The notes beneath the pieces were generated by a model that was given only the letters and a program-made list of their open reading frames with translations, searched no databases and was not told the origin of the DNA. From NCBI RefSeq assembly GCF_051903065.1, contig NZ_CP178439.1: a stretch of DNA of 64,000 nt; one strand, 5' to 3'. Position 1 is the stretch's first letter. Every line of letters starts with the position of its first letter. Origin of the DNA: Escherichia coli (GTDB lineage Bacteria; Pseudomonadota; Gammaproteobacteria; Enterobacterales; Enterobacteriaceae). The position numbers were made by a program, and so were the translations under genes. Below, piece by piece: positions 19,954 to 31,220 of the stretch.

Positions 19954-20789
19954 TGTTCATGCCGCCTGTTTTTCCTGCTCATTGGCACGTTTCGCAACCT
20001 GTTCTCATTGCGGACACCTTTTCCAGCCTCGTTTGGAAAGTTTCATTGCCAGACGGGACTCCTGCAATCGTCAAGGGATTGAAACCTATAGAAGACATTG
20101 CTGATGAACTGCGCGGGGCCGACTATCTGGTATGGCGCAATGGGAGGGGAGCAGTCCGGTTGCTCGGTCGTGAGAACAATCTGATGTTGCTCGAATATGC
20201 CGGGGAGCGAATGCTCTCTCACATCGTTGCCGAGCACGGCGACTACCAGGCGACCGAAATTGCAGCGGAACTAATGGCGAAGCTGTATGCCGCATCTGAG
20301 GAACCCCTGCCTTCTGCCCTTCTCCCGATCCGGGATCGCTTTGCAGCTTTGTTTCAGCGGGCGCGCGATGATCAAAACGCAGGTTGTCAAACTGACTACG
20401 TCCACGCGGCGATTATAGCCGATCAAATGATGAGCAATGCCTCGGAACTGCGTGGGCTACATGGCGATCTGCATCATGAAAACATCATGTTCTCCAGTCG
20501 CGGCTGGCTGGTGATAGATCCCGTCGGTCTGGTCGGTGAAGTGGGCTTTGGCGCCGCCAATATGTTCTACGATCCGGCTGACAGAGACGACCTTTGTCTC
20601 GATCCTAGACGCATTGCACAGATGGCGGACGCATTCTCTCGTGCGCTGGACGTCGATCCGCGTCGCCTGCTCGACCAGGCGTACGCTTATGGGTGCCTTT
20701 CCGCAGCTTGGAACGCGGATGGAGAAGAGGAGCAACGCGATCTAGCTATCGCGGCCGCGATCAAGCAGGTGCGACAGACGTCATACTAG
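19953..20789 (+). CDS. strB: Aminoglycoside 6-phosphotransferase APH(6)-Id (streptomycin resistance)
   Basis: 278-aa protein MFMPPVFPAHWHVSQ...; start overlaps strA stop as in the strAB operon. Confidence 0.9.
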   Translation: MFMPPVFPAHWHVSQPVLIADTFSSLVWKVSLPDGTPAIVKGLKPIEDIADELRGADYLVWRNGRGAVRLLGRENNLMLLEYAGERMLSHIVAEHGDYQATEIAAELMAKLYAASEEPLPSALLPIRDRFAALFQRARDDQNAGCQTDYVHAAIIADQMMSNASELRGLHGDLHHENIMFSSRGWLVIDPVGLVGEVGFGAANMFYDPADRDDLCLDPRRIAQMADAFSRALDVDPRRLLDQAYAYGCLSAAWNADGEEEQRDLAIAAAIKQVRQTSY

Positions 20790-21368
20790 ATATCAAGCGA
20801 CTTCTCCTATCCCCTGGGAACACATCAATCTCACCGGAGAATATCGCTGGCCAAAGCCTTAGCGTAGGATTCCGCCCCTTCCCGCAAACGACCCCTGGAA
20901 GCCCCGTAGCGACGCGGAGAGGGGCGAGACAAGCCAAGGGCGCAGGCTCGATGCGCAGCACGACATAGCCGGTTCTCGCAAGGACGAGAATTTCCCTGCG
21001 GTGCCCCTCAAGTGTCAATGAAAGTTTCCAACGCGAGCCATTCGCGAGAGCCTTGAGTCCACGCTAGATCTATCTCATCTGCGCAAGGCAGAACGTGAAG
21101 ACGGCCGCCCTGGACCTCGCCCGCGAGCGCCAGGCGCACGAGGCCGGCGCGCGGACCCGCGCCACGGCCCACGAGCGGACGCCGCAGCAGGAGCGCCAGA
21201 AGGCCGCCAGAGAGGCCGAGCGCGGCCGTGAGGCTTGGACGCTAGGGCAGGGCATGAAAAAGCCCGTAGCGGGCTGCTACGGGCGTCTGACGCGGTGGAA
21301 AGGGGGAGGGGATGTTGTCTACATGGCTCTGCTGTAGTGAGTGGGTTGCGCTCCGGCAGCGGTCCTGA

Positions 21369-22019
21369 TCAATCGTCACCCTTTCTCGGTCCTTCAACGT
21401 TCCTGACAACGAGCCTCCTTTTCGCCAATCCATCGACAATCACCGCGAGTCCCTGCTCGAACGCTGCGTCCGGATCGGCTTCGTCGAAGGCGTCTATCGC
21501 GGCCCGCAACAGCGGCGAGAGCGGAGCCTGTTCAACGGTGCCGCCGCGCTCGCCGGCATCGCTGTCGCCGGCCTGCTCCTCAAGCACGGCCCCAACAGTG
21601 AAGTAGCTGATTGTCATCAGCGCATTGACGGCGTCCCCGGCCGAAAAACCCGCCTCGCAGAGGAAGCGAAGCTGCGCGTCGGCCGTTTCCATCTGCGGTG
21701 CGCCCGGTCGCGTGCCGGCATGGATGCGCGCGCCATCGCGGTAGGCGAGCAGCGCCTGCCTGAAGCTGCGGGCATTCCCGATCAGAAATGAGCGCCAGTC
21801 GTCGTCGGCTCTCGGCACCGAATGCGTATGATTCTCCGCCAGCATGGCTTCGGCCAGTGCGTCGAGCAGCGCCCGCTTGTTCCTGAAGTGCCAGTAAAGC
21901 GCCGGCTGCTGAACCCCCAACCGTTCCGCCAGTTTGCGTGTCGTCAGACCGTCTACGCCGACCTCGTTCAACAGGTCCAGGGCGGCACGGATCACTGTAT
22001 TCGGCTGCAACTTTGTCAT
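21369..22019 (-). CDS. tetR(A): Tetracycline repressor TetR(A)
   Basis: 216-aa protein MTKLQPNTVIRAALDLLNEVG..., divergent from tetA. Confidence 0.9.
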   Translation of the reverse strand: MTKLQPNTVIRAALDLLNEVGVDGLTTRKLAERLGVQQPALYWHFRNKRALLDALAEAMLAENHTHSVPRADDDWRSFLIGNARSFRQALLAYRDGARIHAGTRPGAPQMETADAQLRFLCEAGFSAGDAVNALMTISYFTVGAVLEEQAGDSDAGERGGTVEQAPLSPLLRAAIDAFDEADPDAAFEQGLAVIVDGLAKRRLVVRNVEGPRKGDD

Positions 22020-22025
22020 GCTTGA

Positions 22026-22076
22026 CACTTTATCACTGATAAACATAATATGTCCACCAACTTATCAGTGATAAAG
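22026..22076. promoter_or_regulatory. tet operator palindromes in the tetR-tetA intergenic region
   Basis: ACTTTATCACTGATAAAC and CAACTTATCAGTGATAAAG palindromes read directly. Confidence 0.7.
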
Positions 22077-22124
22077 AATCCGCGCGTTCAATCGGACCAG
22101 CGGAGGCTGGTCCGGAGGCCAGAC

Positions 22125-23324
22125 GTGAAACCCAACAGACCCCTGATCGTAATTCTGAGCACTGTCGCGCTCGACGCTGTCGGCATCGGCCTGATTATGC
22201 CGGTGCTGCCGGGCCTCCTGCGCGATCTGGTTCACTCGAACGACGTCACCGCCCACTATGGCATTCTGCTGGCGCTGTATGCGTTGATGCAATTTGCCTG
22301 CGCACCTGTGCTGGGCGCGCTGTCGGATCGTTTCGGGCGGCGGCCGGTCTTGCTCGTCTCGCTGGCCGGCGCTGCTGTCGACTACGCCATCATGGCGACG
22401 ACGCCTTTCCTTTGGGTTCTCTATATCGGGCGGATCGTGGCCGGCATCACCGGGGCGACTGGGGCGGTAGCCGGCGCTTATATTGCCGATATCACTGATG
22501 GCGATGAGCGCGCGCGGCACTTCGGCTTCATGAGCGCCTGTTTCGGGTTCGGGATGGTCGCGGGACCTGTGCTCGGTGGGCTGATGGGCGGTTTCTCCCC
22601 CCACGCTCCGTTCTTCGCCGCGGCAGCCTTGAACGGCCTCAATTTCCTGACGGGCTGTTTCCTTTTGCCGGAGTCGCACAAAGGCGAACGCCGGCCGTTA
22701 CGCCGGGAGGCTCTCAACCCGCTCGCTTCGTTCCGGTGGGCCCGGGGCATGACCGTCGTCGCCGCCCTGATGGCGGTCTTCTTCATCATGCAACTTGTCG
22801 GACAGGTGCCGGCCGCGCTTTGGGTCATTTTCGGCGAGGATCGCTTTCACTGGGACGCGACCACGATCGGCATTTCGCTTGCCGCATTTGGCATTCTGCA
22901 TTCACTCGCCCAGGCAATGATCACCGGCCCTGTAGCCGCCCGGCTCGGCGAAAGGCGGGCACTCATGCTCGGAATGATTGCCGACGGCACAGGCTACATC
23001 CTGCTTGCCTTCGCGACACGGGGATGGATGGCGTTCCCGATCATGGTCCTGCTTGCTTCGGGTGGCATCGGAATGCCGGCGCTGCAAGCAATGTTGTCCA
23101 GGCAGGTGGATGAGGAACGTCAGGGGCAGCTGCAAGGCTCACTGGCGGCGCTCACCAGCCTGACCTCGATCGTCGGACCCCTCCTCTTCACGGCGATCTA
23201 TGCGGCTTCTATAACAACGTGGAACGGGTGGGCATGGATTGCAGGCGCTGCCCTCTACTTGCTCTGCCTGCCGGCGCTGCGTCGCGGGCTTTGGAGCGGC
23301 GCAGGGCAACGAGCCGATCGCTGA
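22125..23324 (+). CDS. tet(A): Tetracycline efflux MFS transporter TetA(A), GTG start
   Basis: 399-aa protein MKPNRPLIVILSTVALDAVGIGLIMPVLPGLLRDL... within ORF 22050..23324. Confidence 0.9.
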   Translation: MKPNRPLIVILSTVALDAVGIGLIMPVLPGLLRDLVHSNDVTAHYGILLALYALMQFACAPVLGALSDRFGRRPVLLVSLAGAAVDYAIMATTPFLWVLYIGRIVAGITGATGAVAGAYIADITDGDERARHFGFMSACFGFGMVAGPVLGGLMGGFSPHAPFFAAAALNGLNFLTGCFLLPESHKGERRPLRREALNPLASFRWARGMTVVAALMAVFFIMQLVGQVPAALWVIFGEDRFHWDATTIGISLAAFGILHSLAQAMITGPVAARLGERRALMLGMIADGTGYILLAFATRGWMAFPIMVLLASGGIGMPALQAMLSRQVDEERQGQLQGSLAALTSLTSIVGPLLFTAIYAASITTWNGWAWIAGAALYLLCLPALRRGLWSGAGQRADR

Positions 23325-23355
23325 TCGTGGAAACGATAGGCCTATGCCATGCGGG

Positions 23356-24240
23356 TCAAGGCGACTTCCGGCAAGCTATACGCGCCCTAGGAGTGCGGTT
23401 GGAACGTTGGCCCAGCCAGATACTCCCGATCACGAGCAGGACGCCGATGATTTGAAGCGCACTCAGCGTCTGATCCAAGAACAACCATCCTAGCAACACG
23501 GCGGTCCCCGGGCTGAGAAAGCCCAGTAAGGAAACAACTGTAGGTTCGAGTCGCGAGATCCCCCGGAACCAAAGGAAGTAGGTTAAACCCGCTCCGATCA
23601 GGCCGAGCCACGCCAGGCCGAGAACATTGGTTCCTGTAGGCATCGGGATTGGCGGATCAAACACTAAAGCTACTGGAACGAGCAGAAGTCCTCCGGCCGC
23701 CAGTTGCCAGGCGGTAAAGGTGAGCAGAGGCACGGGAGGTTGCCACTTGCGGGTCAGCACGGTTCCGAACGCCATGGAAACCGCCCCCGCCAGGCCCGCT
23801 GCGACGCCGACAGGATCTAGCGCTGCGTTTGGTGTCAACACCAACAGCGCCACGCCCGCAGTTCCGCAAATAGCCCCCAGGACCGCCATCAATCGTATCG
23901 GGCTACCTAGCAGAGCGGCAGAGATGAACACGACCATCAGCGGCTGCACAGCGCCTACCGTCGCCGCGACCCCGCCCGGCAGGCGGTAGACCGAAATAAA
24001 CAACAAGCTCCAGAATAGCGAAATATTAAGTGCGCCGAGGATGAAGATGCGCATCCACCAGATTCCCGTTGGAATCTGTCGGACGATCATCACGAGCAAT
24101 AAACCCGCCGGCAACGCCCGCAGCATCGCGACCGTCATCGGTGAGAAGTTCGGCAGGTATTGGGTGGTGACAATGTAGGTGCTGCCCCAAATGGCAGGTG
24201 CTATCGCTGTGAACAATAAATCGGGCGTGCGTAATGACAT
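23356..24240 (-). CDS. pecM: EamA/DMT family transporter PecM-like (Tn1721 tet module)
   Basis: 294-aa 10-TM protein convergent with tetA, as in Tn1721. Confidence 0.8.
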   Translation of the reverse strand: MSLRTPDLLFTAIAPAIWGSTYIVTTQYLPNFSPMTVAMLRALPAGLLLVMIVRQIPTGIWWMRIFILGALNISLFWSLLFISVYRLPGGVAATVGAVQPLMVVFISAALLGSPIRLMAVLGAICGTAGVALLVLTPNAALDPVGVAAGLAGAVSMAFGTVLTRKWQPPVPLLTFTAWQLAAGGLLLVPVALVFDPPIPMPTGTNVLGLAWLGLIGAGLTYFLWFRGISRLEPTVVSLLGFLSPGTAVLLGWLFLDQTLSALQIIGVLLVIGSIWLGQRSNRTPRARIACRKSP

Positions 24241-24704
24241 GCGATTACAAGACCTCCGCTACGGCGATGGGTTTTTGAGAGTTGCAGGCGCCGCGATGAC
24301 CGCACCCTGACTTGGACTGGCCCTGCCTCGCACCAATCCACCTGCGGCTATGGCCGCGATCATGCGAGGCCCGAAAATTACACGACCTGTACACGTCCGC
24401 CGAACCCGGAACGCAACAGAGCTTCGTGGGCATCCCGATCCGGGTCGTAGCAGCAGTCCTGGACCAAACGCACGTCGTAGTCCGCATCACTAGCCCAGGC
24501 GACGCTTGAAAGAACAACGCCGGTGGTGCTTATCCCGGCCATGACAAGCGTGCTTACGCCGCGCGTCCGAAGGTCGGCGTCGAGCGCCGTGCCATAAAAG
24601 ACGCTGGCTCGCGGACATGCATAGAAAAGGTCGCCCCGTTCGATCGCAAGCCCTTCGACGGGCAGACCGGTGCGAAATCGTCCGCTCGGGAGATACGGTG
24701 AGAT

Positions 24705-25589
24705 TTGGCGATTCGTCGCCGGCGGCGCATGTTCATACTCTTCGCCGAGCGAAAAGTTGGGGAACAGCACGGGCCGGCCGCGCAAGGCGTGCTGGCAGCC
24801 GTGCAGACCCTGCGTGAGATGAACGCCGACAACCTGCGCAAGGTGCCGGCCGATGCACCCACGGCCTTCATCAAGCCGCGCTGGAAGCCGCTGGTGATCA
24901 CCCCGGAAGGCCTCGACCGGAAATTCTACGAAATCTGCGCCCTGTCCGAGCTGAAGAACGCCCTGCGCTCCGGCGACATCTGGGTCAAGGGCTCGCGGCA
25001 GTTCCGCGACTTCGACGACTACCTGCTGCCGGCCGAGAAGTTCGCCGCACTCAAGCGCGAGCAGGCCCTGCCCCTGGCGATCAACCCGAACAGCGACCAG
25101 TACCTGGAAGAGCGTTTGCAGCTGCTGGACGAGCAGTTGGCCACCGTCACCCGCCTGGCCAAGGACAACGAGCTGCCCGATGCCATCCTCACCGAGTCAG
25201 GGCTGAAAATCACCCCGCTGGATGCGGCGGTGCCGGATCGGGCGCAGGCGCTGATCGACCAAACCAGCCAGTTACTGCCGCGCATCAAGATCACCGAACT
25301 GCTGATGGACGTGGACGACTGGACGGGCTTCAGCCGCCACTTCACCCACTTGAAGGACGGGGCCGAGGCCAAAGACAGGACGTTGCTGCTGTCCGCAATC
25401 CTCGGTGATGCGATCAACCTCGGGCTGACCAAGATGGCCGAGTCGAGCCCCGGCCTGACCTACGCCAAGCTGTCCTGGCTGCAAGCCTGGCACATCCGCG
25501 ACGAAACCTATTCGGCGGCCTTGGCCGAGCTGGTCAACCACCAGTATCGCCACGCCTTTGCCGCCCACTGGGGCGACGGCACGACCTCA
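24705..25589 (+). pseudogene. tnpA: Tn3-family (Tn1721-type) tnpA internal fragment, 3'-truncated by IS26
   Basis: 348-aa ORF with Tn3-family TnpA central-region similarity, ends at the IS26 boundary 25590. Confidence 0.7.
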
Positions 25590-26409
25590 GGCACTGTTGC
25601 AAAGTTAGCGATGAGGCAGCCTTTTGTCTTATTCAAAGGCCTTACATTTCAAAAACTCTGCTTACCAGGCGCATTTCGCCCAGGGGATCACCATAATAAA
25701 ATGCTGAGGCCTGGCCTTTGCGTAGTGCACGCATCACCTCAATACCTTTGATGGTGGCGTAAGCCGTCTTCATGGATTTAAATCCCAGCGTGGCGTTGAT
25801 TATCCGTTTCAGTTTGCCATGATCGCATTCAATCACGTTGTTCCGGTACTTAATCTGTCGGTGTTCAACGTCAGACGGGCACCGGCCTTCGCGTTTGAGC
25901 AGAGCAAGCGCGCGACCATAGGCGGGCGCTTTATCCGTGTTGATGAATCGCGGGATCTGCCACTTCTTCACGTTGTTGAGGATTTTACCCAGAAACCGGT
26001 ATGCAGCTTTGCTGTTACGACGGGAGGAGAGATAAAAATCGACAGTGCGGCCCCGGCTGTCGACGGCCCGGTACAGATACGCCCAGCGGCCATTGACCTT
26101 CACGTAGGTTTCATCCATGTGCCACGGGCAAAGATCGGAAGGGTTACGCCAGTACCAGCGCAGCCGTTTTTCCATTTCAGGCGCATAACGCTGAACCCAG
26201 CGGTAAATCGTGGAGTGATCGACATTCACTCCGCGTTCAGCCAGCATCTCCTGCAGCTCACGGTAACTGATGCCGTATTTGCAGTACCAGCGTACGGCCC
26301 ACAGAATGATGTCACGCTGAAAATGCCGGCCTTTGAATGGGTTCATGTGCAGCTCCATCAGCAAAAGGGGATGATAAGTTTATCACCACCGACTATTTGC
26401 AACAGTGCC
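25590..26409 (-). mobile_element. tnpA: IS26 copy 3, transposase CDS 25642..26346, Asn at residue 184
   Basis: IRs at both ends; inverted relative to copy 2. Confidence 0.95.
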
Positions 26410-26566
26410 CTTCATCATTATGAATATGAAAAAGCCGAATGCGGCGACTACCACATTTATCCCCGGGGCTATGGACGCAGCAACTTTGCAGGGCGCAATC
26501 GAAAAAGCTCGCGGGGCCTAAAGTTACTTTCACTTTTGATGAGTACGGCCATGCCGGTCATGGCCG

Positions 26567-27826
26567 CTACGCTTTTACAACGAGTAATTCATCCCAGCGG
26601 GTCGTATATCTCGGTGATAGCATGGCCTGTTTCATACGAAAATCCTGTTGAATGCCTTCCCCCAGCAAAAACAGAGCTCCGCGCTTTTCTTTATTGAACC
26701 GGTCCATAACTTTCATCAGTGCCTGACTGCCAGGCCTGGCCGGGCGCTCATCAAACAGGCTGAGTTGCTCTGTGCCGTCAGTCATAGCGGAGAGCATTAC
26801 CCCAGCTTTCGCATACGCTATCCCGGGTTTGTAAATGCGGTTCAGGATGGTCATGGCTGCATCAACCAGATCGCGGGTGTCCTGTGTAGCGGTAAGCGGC
26901 TCGATACCACAATTGCTGTAGCGGTTTTCACCTTGCGCATAATTGCTGCTCTGAATGAAGACTGTGATTTGACGGGTCCACGAGCCATCCTTGCGCAGCT
27001 GCTCTGCCGCCCGGGCGGTAAAAAATGAAACTGCCTCATGTAGCTTGCCTATCTCATTAAGGCGCTGACCAAAACTTCTGGAAACGATAATCTGTTGCCG
27101 GACAGGAGGGGATTCATGCAGCCGGAAACATGGTTCGCCATGCAGTTCCCGCCAGGTACGCTCGATTTCAACGCCAAAGCTTTTACGTAAAAAGCGAACG
27201 TCGCTATTATAAAAATCACCGGCAGTGATGATCCCGAAAGCCGACAGGCGTTCACTGATCTTTTGACCAATACCCCATATTTCTCTGGTACTGATAAGGC
27301 CCAGGAGCTTCCTGATCCTGGCCTGATCAGTCAAAACTACAACCCCGCCTGTAGCTGCCCATCGTTTGCTCGCATAGGTGCATAATTTAGCCAGGGTTTT
27401 GGTGCTTGAACACCCCACACCACAGGTAAGGGACAGATTATGAAGAAGTGTACTTCTGATCAACCGGCCGTAATCTTCATAATCTATTATCTTGTTCATG
27501 TTTTTCAATAACATGAAATTTTCATCTATGCTATATCGACTCGATTGAGGCGCGAAGCTTTCCAGCGTTTCATGGAAGCGATTTGAGTAGTCTTCATACA
27601 AAGTAAAGTTAGAGCTCCGGACTTCGATCTGGTGTTGCTGAATCAAATCCCTGCACTTAAAAATTGGGGTCCCACGCTTAATACCAACGCTTTTAGCCAG
27701 TTTATTCATTGCAATGACGGACGAATCGTTATTGCTGGCTATGATGAGCGGCTTTTTTGCCAGCTTGGGATCCATCGCACACTCAAATGCCGCATAGGCC
27801 CCGTTAATATCAACGTGCATGTACAT
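26567..27826 (-). CDS. umuC: Y-family translesion DNA polymerase subunit, UmuC/MucB/ImpB-like
   Basis: 419-aa protein, MYMHVDINGAYAAFE N-terminus typical of UmuC; overlaps the upstream umuD-like gene. Confidence 0.8.
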   Translation of the reverse strand: MYMHVDINGAYAAFECAMDPKLAKKPLIIASNNDSSVIAMNKLAKSVGIKRGTPIFKCRDLIQQHQIEVRSSNFTLYEDYSNRFHETLESFAPQSSRYSIDENFMLLKNMNKIIDYEDYGRLIRSTLLHNLSLTCGVGCSSTKTLAKLCTYASKRWAATGGVVVLTDQARIRKLLGLISTREIWGIGQKISERLSAFGIITAGDFYNSDVRFLRKSFGVEIERTWRELHGEPCFRLHESPPVRQQIIVSRSFGQRLNEIGKLHEAVSFFTARAAEQLRKDGSWTRQITVFIQSSNYAQGENRYSNCGIEPLTATQDTRDLVDAAMTILNRIYKPGIAYAKAGVMLSAMTDGTEQLSLFDERPARPGSQALMKVMDRFNKEKRGALFLLGEGIQQDFRMKQAMLSPRYTTRWDELLVVKA

Positions 27827-28244
27827 GGCTAAACTGATTCAGTGCAAAGGTGACGACGCCCCATATCTCAAGGGATTCGGGATTTACACGTATCGGCTTA
27901 TAGGCTGGATTAGAAGGCATCAAAAGCAGCTCAGGATACGTGTGTAAGATCTTTACCGTGAACTCTCCATCCACCAGCGCAACGACGATAGAGCCGTGTC
28001 GTGCCGTTAAAGACCGATCCACAACCAGAATAGCGCCATCATTGATACCGGCATTGATCATACTGAGGCCCGCCGCCCTGACAAAGAAGGTTGAGGGGCG
28101 GTTACGGACTACATATTCATGCAAATTTAATTCATTATCTTCATGCCCGGCGCACGGACTCATCACTCCACAGCTCAGTAAATCACTGAAAAAAGGTGCC
28201 ATTTCGTAAGGCTTGTTGCTAATGTGCTCAAGGATAACAGACAT
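27810..28244 (-). CDS. umuD: UmuD/MucA/ImpA-like S24 peptidase (LexA-like self-cleaving)
   Basis: 144-aa protein with S24 LexA-like fold motifs (GLSMINAGINDGAILVVDRS). Confidence 0.8.
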   Translation of the reverse strand: MSVILEHISNKPYEMAPFFSDLLSCGVMSPCAGHEDNELNLHEYVVRNRPSTFFVRAAGLSMINAGINDGAILVVDRSLTARHGSIVVALVDGEFTVKILHTYPELLLMPSNPAYKPIRVNPESLEIWGVVTFALNQFSHVHAR

Positions 28245-28263
28245 AGCTACACTCGAATTCTCA

Positions 28264-28283
28264 TACTGTATGTATAAACAGTA
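28264..28283. promoter_or_regulatory. LexA box TACTGTATGTATAAACAGTA upstream of umuD-like gene
   Basis: Perfect CTGT-N8-ACAG, 20 bp upstream of the start codon. Confidence 0.75.
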
Positions 28284-28437
28284 TTGCGAGTTACAGAGAA
28301 AAGATCAAATCTCTCCGGTAACGCTATCGAGCCTGACGAAAAATTAAGCTTTGTCACAAACACCAAAAACCATCTTTTACCGATAATGGCGAGCTGGCCT
28401 ACGAAGAAGGTATACAAGCTAGGATGAAAGGATTCTG

Positions 28438-29055
28438 ATGCCCCTCCCACCAAATTTTTTATCTCCTGAAGACCAGGCTGAGTACGATGCTTATATGTCA
28501 AGATTCAGCGAGATAAATCACTATTATGATTATCACACTGTCCCCGTGATTGACTGGTTCTTTAAACAAGCAACCGAGGCGTTGCATCACGAACTATGGA
28601 TACCGGCCTGTACGAGCTTCCTGAACGGGATTGAAACATCACTCATGGTTACGTTGAAGTCGCTGATGCTGAAACCAACAGTTAACGATCAGCATGCAGC
28701 TCCTGAGCTGGTGGACTTGGAGGGTATCTCCGTAATGAGTAATGCCTTACTGAGAAAGGCCAAGCAGGAAGGGGTGCCGGTAGAATTACTTTCATTTCCA
28801 GCCGAGCAGGATATGTTGGTTAAGGTAGCAGCCGGGAGAACACCTGAAGCAGAAATTGTCAGGCTGAGAAACAACCTATGCCATGGCAACATTCTGGAGT
28901 TTATCATGTCTGTTGATATCGGTACTTCAGGACCCATACGTATTTTTACGCCTGAATGCTGTCGTGAACTGGCGCATGAACTTTCGTCCATTTCCAGGAA
29001 TTGGGTGGTAGGTTTGCACAAGTACTGGGTCGACAACAATCTGATTTCCCCCTGA
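28438..29055 (+). CDS. Hypothetical protein (205 aa)
   Basis: ORF; no family recognised. Confidence 0.5.
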   Translation: MPLPPNFLSPEDQAEYDAYMSRFSEINHYYDYHTVPVIDWFFKQATEALHHELWIPACTSFLNGIETSLMVTLKSLMLKPTVNDQHAAPELVDLEGISVMSNALLRKAKQEGVPVELLSFPAEQDMLVKVAAGRTPEAEIVRLRNNLCHGNILEFIMSVDIGTSGPIRIFTPECCRELAHELSSISRNWVVGLHKYWVDNNLISP

Positions 29056-29204
29056 AGCTCCTTGAACCTTGCTTTCAGAAGCCAGGTGTATGAAACCCTA
29101 TTGGATAATATTTAAAGCCAAAATATGGGGATCTCGTATTCGGTGACAGGCATGGTATAAATGATGTGTCTGAGCAACCATCATTGATAATCATGGAGTG
29201 AGTC

Positions 29205-29561
29205 ATGAAATTAAAATACCTTCTGTTATGTGCAACTCTGTCTGTCGCCTTTACCTCCTCTGCGGTCCTTGCATCTGAAAACGGGAAAAAACCGATCCCG
29301 GGCAAATCAGATGTGATGGTTGCCGATATTTGTTTAAAACCTGAAATCCAAAGTGAAACCGATTATAAAAAAACGAAAGAACTGGTAAGGACTGAGTTTG
29401 AAGAAAACTTGCCTGTTGGATCTAAAATCAAAGAAAAAGACTTGAATGCCGTAATTGAAGCATTTGCTACTCGTAAAAGGGACACGCCGGAGCGAGCGGA
29501 CCATTGCCAAGAAAACGTACGTGAAAGATACTGGGAAATGAACCCGGTGAAAGATAAATAA
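29205..29561 (+). CDS. Secreted hypothetical protein (118 aa) with signal peptide
   Basis: N-terminal MKLKYLLLCATLSVAFTSSAVLA signal sequence. Confidence 0.5.
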   Translation: MKLKYLLLCATLSVAFTSSAVLASENGKKPIPGKSDVMVADICLKPEIQSETDYKKTKELVRTEFEENLPVGSKIKEKDLNAVIEAFATRKRDTPERADHCQENVRERYWEMNPVKDK

Positions 29562-29586
29562 AATACATTCACGTTGTATAATATAG

Positions 29587-29612
29587 AGGCTTCAATTCTG
29601 AAGCCTTTTTTA
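29587..29612 (+). terminator. Rho-independent terminator
   Basis: AGGCTTCA-ATTC-TGAAGCCT hairpin followed by TTTTTT. Confidence 0.5.
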
Positions 29613-29810
29613 TTTTCAGATTATTTTGATTCTGACAATAATGAAATAAAATTGAGCATTATCGCTTAACACTGGATAAGAAAAAGAGCCATCTTTTATA
29701 TTGGACAGGTTTGAATTTAAGGAATTTTGGATTCACAGTTTTCTGCGTTATTAGACGGCAAGGGCAATCTGGTATGATTCACCTAACACACGAATCTGGA
29801 AGGAAAAGTA

Positions 29811-29955
29811 TATGGGTGACCTGGTCAGCAAAAATAGCATTGACCGTTTAGAGCGATTTCATTCTTTGCTGGCGGGTCAGTACTGGACGTCCACTGACAG
29901 CATCCCTGAAGAGGGTATTGTGGCAGGGGATACACTGCTCATTACGTCTTTGCGT
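29811..29955 (+). pseudogene. N-terminal 48 codons of an unknown gene, cut by IS26
   Basis: ATG with GGAAGGA upstream; reading frame runs into the IS26 left end. Confidence 0.3.
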
Positions 29956-30775
29956 GGCACTGTTGCAAATAGTCGGTGGTGATAAACTTATCATCCCCTT
30001 TTGCTGATGGAGCTGCACATGAACCCATTCAAAGGCCGGCATTTTCAGCGTGACATCATTCTGTGGGCCGTACGCTGGTACTGCAAATACGGCATCAGTT
30101 ACCGTGAGCTGCAGGAGATGCTGGCTGAACGCGGAGTGAATGTCGATCACTCCACGATTTACCGCTGGGTTCAGCGTTATGCGCCTGAAATGGAAAAACG
30201 GCTGCGCTGGTACTGGCGTAACCCTTCCGATCTTTGCCCGTGGCACATGGATGAAACCTACGTGAAGGTCAATGGCCGCTGGGCGTATCTGTACCGGGCC
30301 GTCGACAGCCGGGGCCGCACTGTCGATTTTTATCTCTCCTCCCGTCGTAACAGCAAAGCTGCATACCGGTTTCTGGGTAAAATCCTCAACAACGTGAAGA
30401 AGTGGCAGATCCCGCGATTCATCAACACGGATAAAGCGCCCGCCTATGGTCGCGCGCTTGCTCTGCTCAAACGCGAAGGCCGGTGCCCGTCTGACGTTGA
30501 ACACCGACAGATTAAGTACCGGAACAACGTGATTGAATGCGATCATGGCAAACTGAAACGGATAATCAACGCCACGCTGGGATTTAAATCCATGAAGACG
30601 GCTTACGCCACCATCAAAGGTATTGAGGTGATGCGTGCACTACGCAAAGGCCAGGCCTCAGCATTTTATTATGGTGATCCCCTGGGCGAAATGCGCCTGG
30701 TAAGCAGAGTTTTTGAAATGTAAGGCCTTTGAATAAGACAAAAGGCTGCCTCATCGCTAACTTTGCAACAGTGCC
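29956..30775 (+). mobile_element. tnpA: IS26 copy 4, transposase CDS 30019..30723, Asn at residue 184
   Basis: Both IRs present; flanks ctttgcgt / cactgatc do not match. Confidence 0.95.
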
Positions 30776-31220
30776 CACTGATCCGCATGCCCGTTCCATA
30801 CAGAAGCTGGGCGAACAAACGATGCTCGCCTTCCAGAAAACCGAGGATGCGAACCACTTCATCCGGGGTCAGCACCACCGGCAAGCGCCGCGACGGCCGA
30901 GGTCTTCCGATCTCCTGAAGCCAGGGCAGATCCGTGCACAGCACCTTGCCGTAGAAGAACAGCAAGGCCGCCAATGCCTGACGATGCGTGGAGACCGAAA
31001 CCTTGCGCTCGTTCGCCAGCCAGGACAGAAATGCCTCGACTTCGCTGCTGCCCAAGGTTGCCGGGTGACGCACACCGTGGAAACGGATGAAGGCACGAAC
31101 CCAGTGGACATAAGCCTGTTCGGTTCGTAAACTGTAATGCAAGTAGCGTATGCGCTCACGCAACTGGTCCAGAACCTTGACCGAACGCAGCGGTGGTAAC
31201 GGCGCAGTGGCGGTTTTCAT
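30776..31220 (-). pseudogene. intI1: Class 1 integron integrase intI1, N-terminal 148 codons, truncated by IS26
   Basis: [49 protein letters not shown]... ends at the IS26 boundary. Confidence 0.85.
31105..31133 (+). promoter_or_regulatory. Integron cassette promoter Pc, hybrid type (-35 TGGACA, 17-bp spacer, -10 TAAACT); P2 lacks the GGG insertion
   Basis: Hexamers read at 31105..31110 and 31128..31133 inside intI1. Confidence 0.6.

Noticed and set aside
22065-23163. Multiple ORFs overlapping tet(A) on both strands
   Set aside because: GC-rich overlap artefacts within a well-recognised gene.
24378-24785. 135-aa minus-strand ORF with isochorismatase-like C-terminal motifs
   Set aside because: Overlaps the better-supported tnpA fragment and lacks an N-terminus; may be a gene remnant, but I cannot support it.
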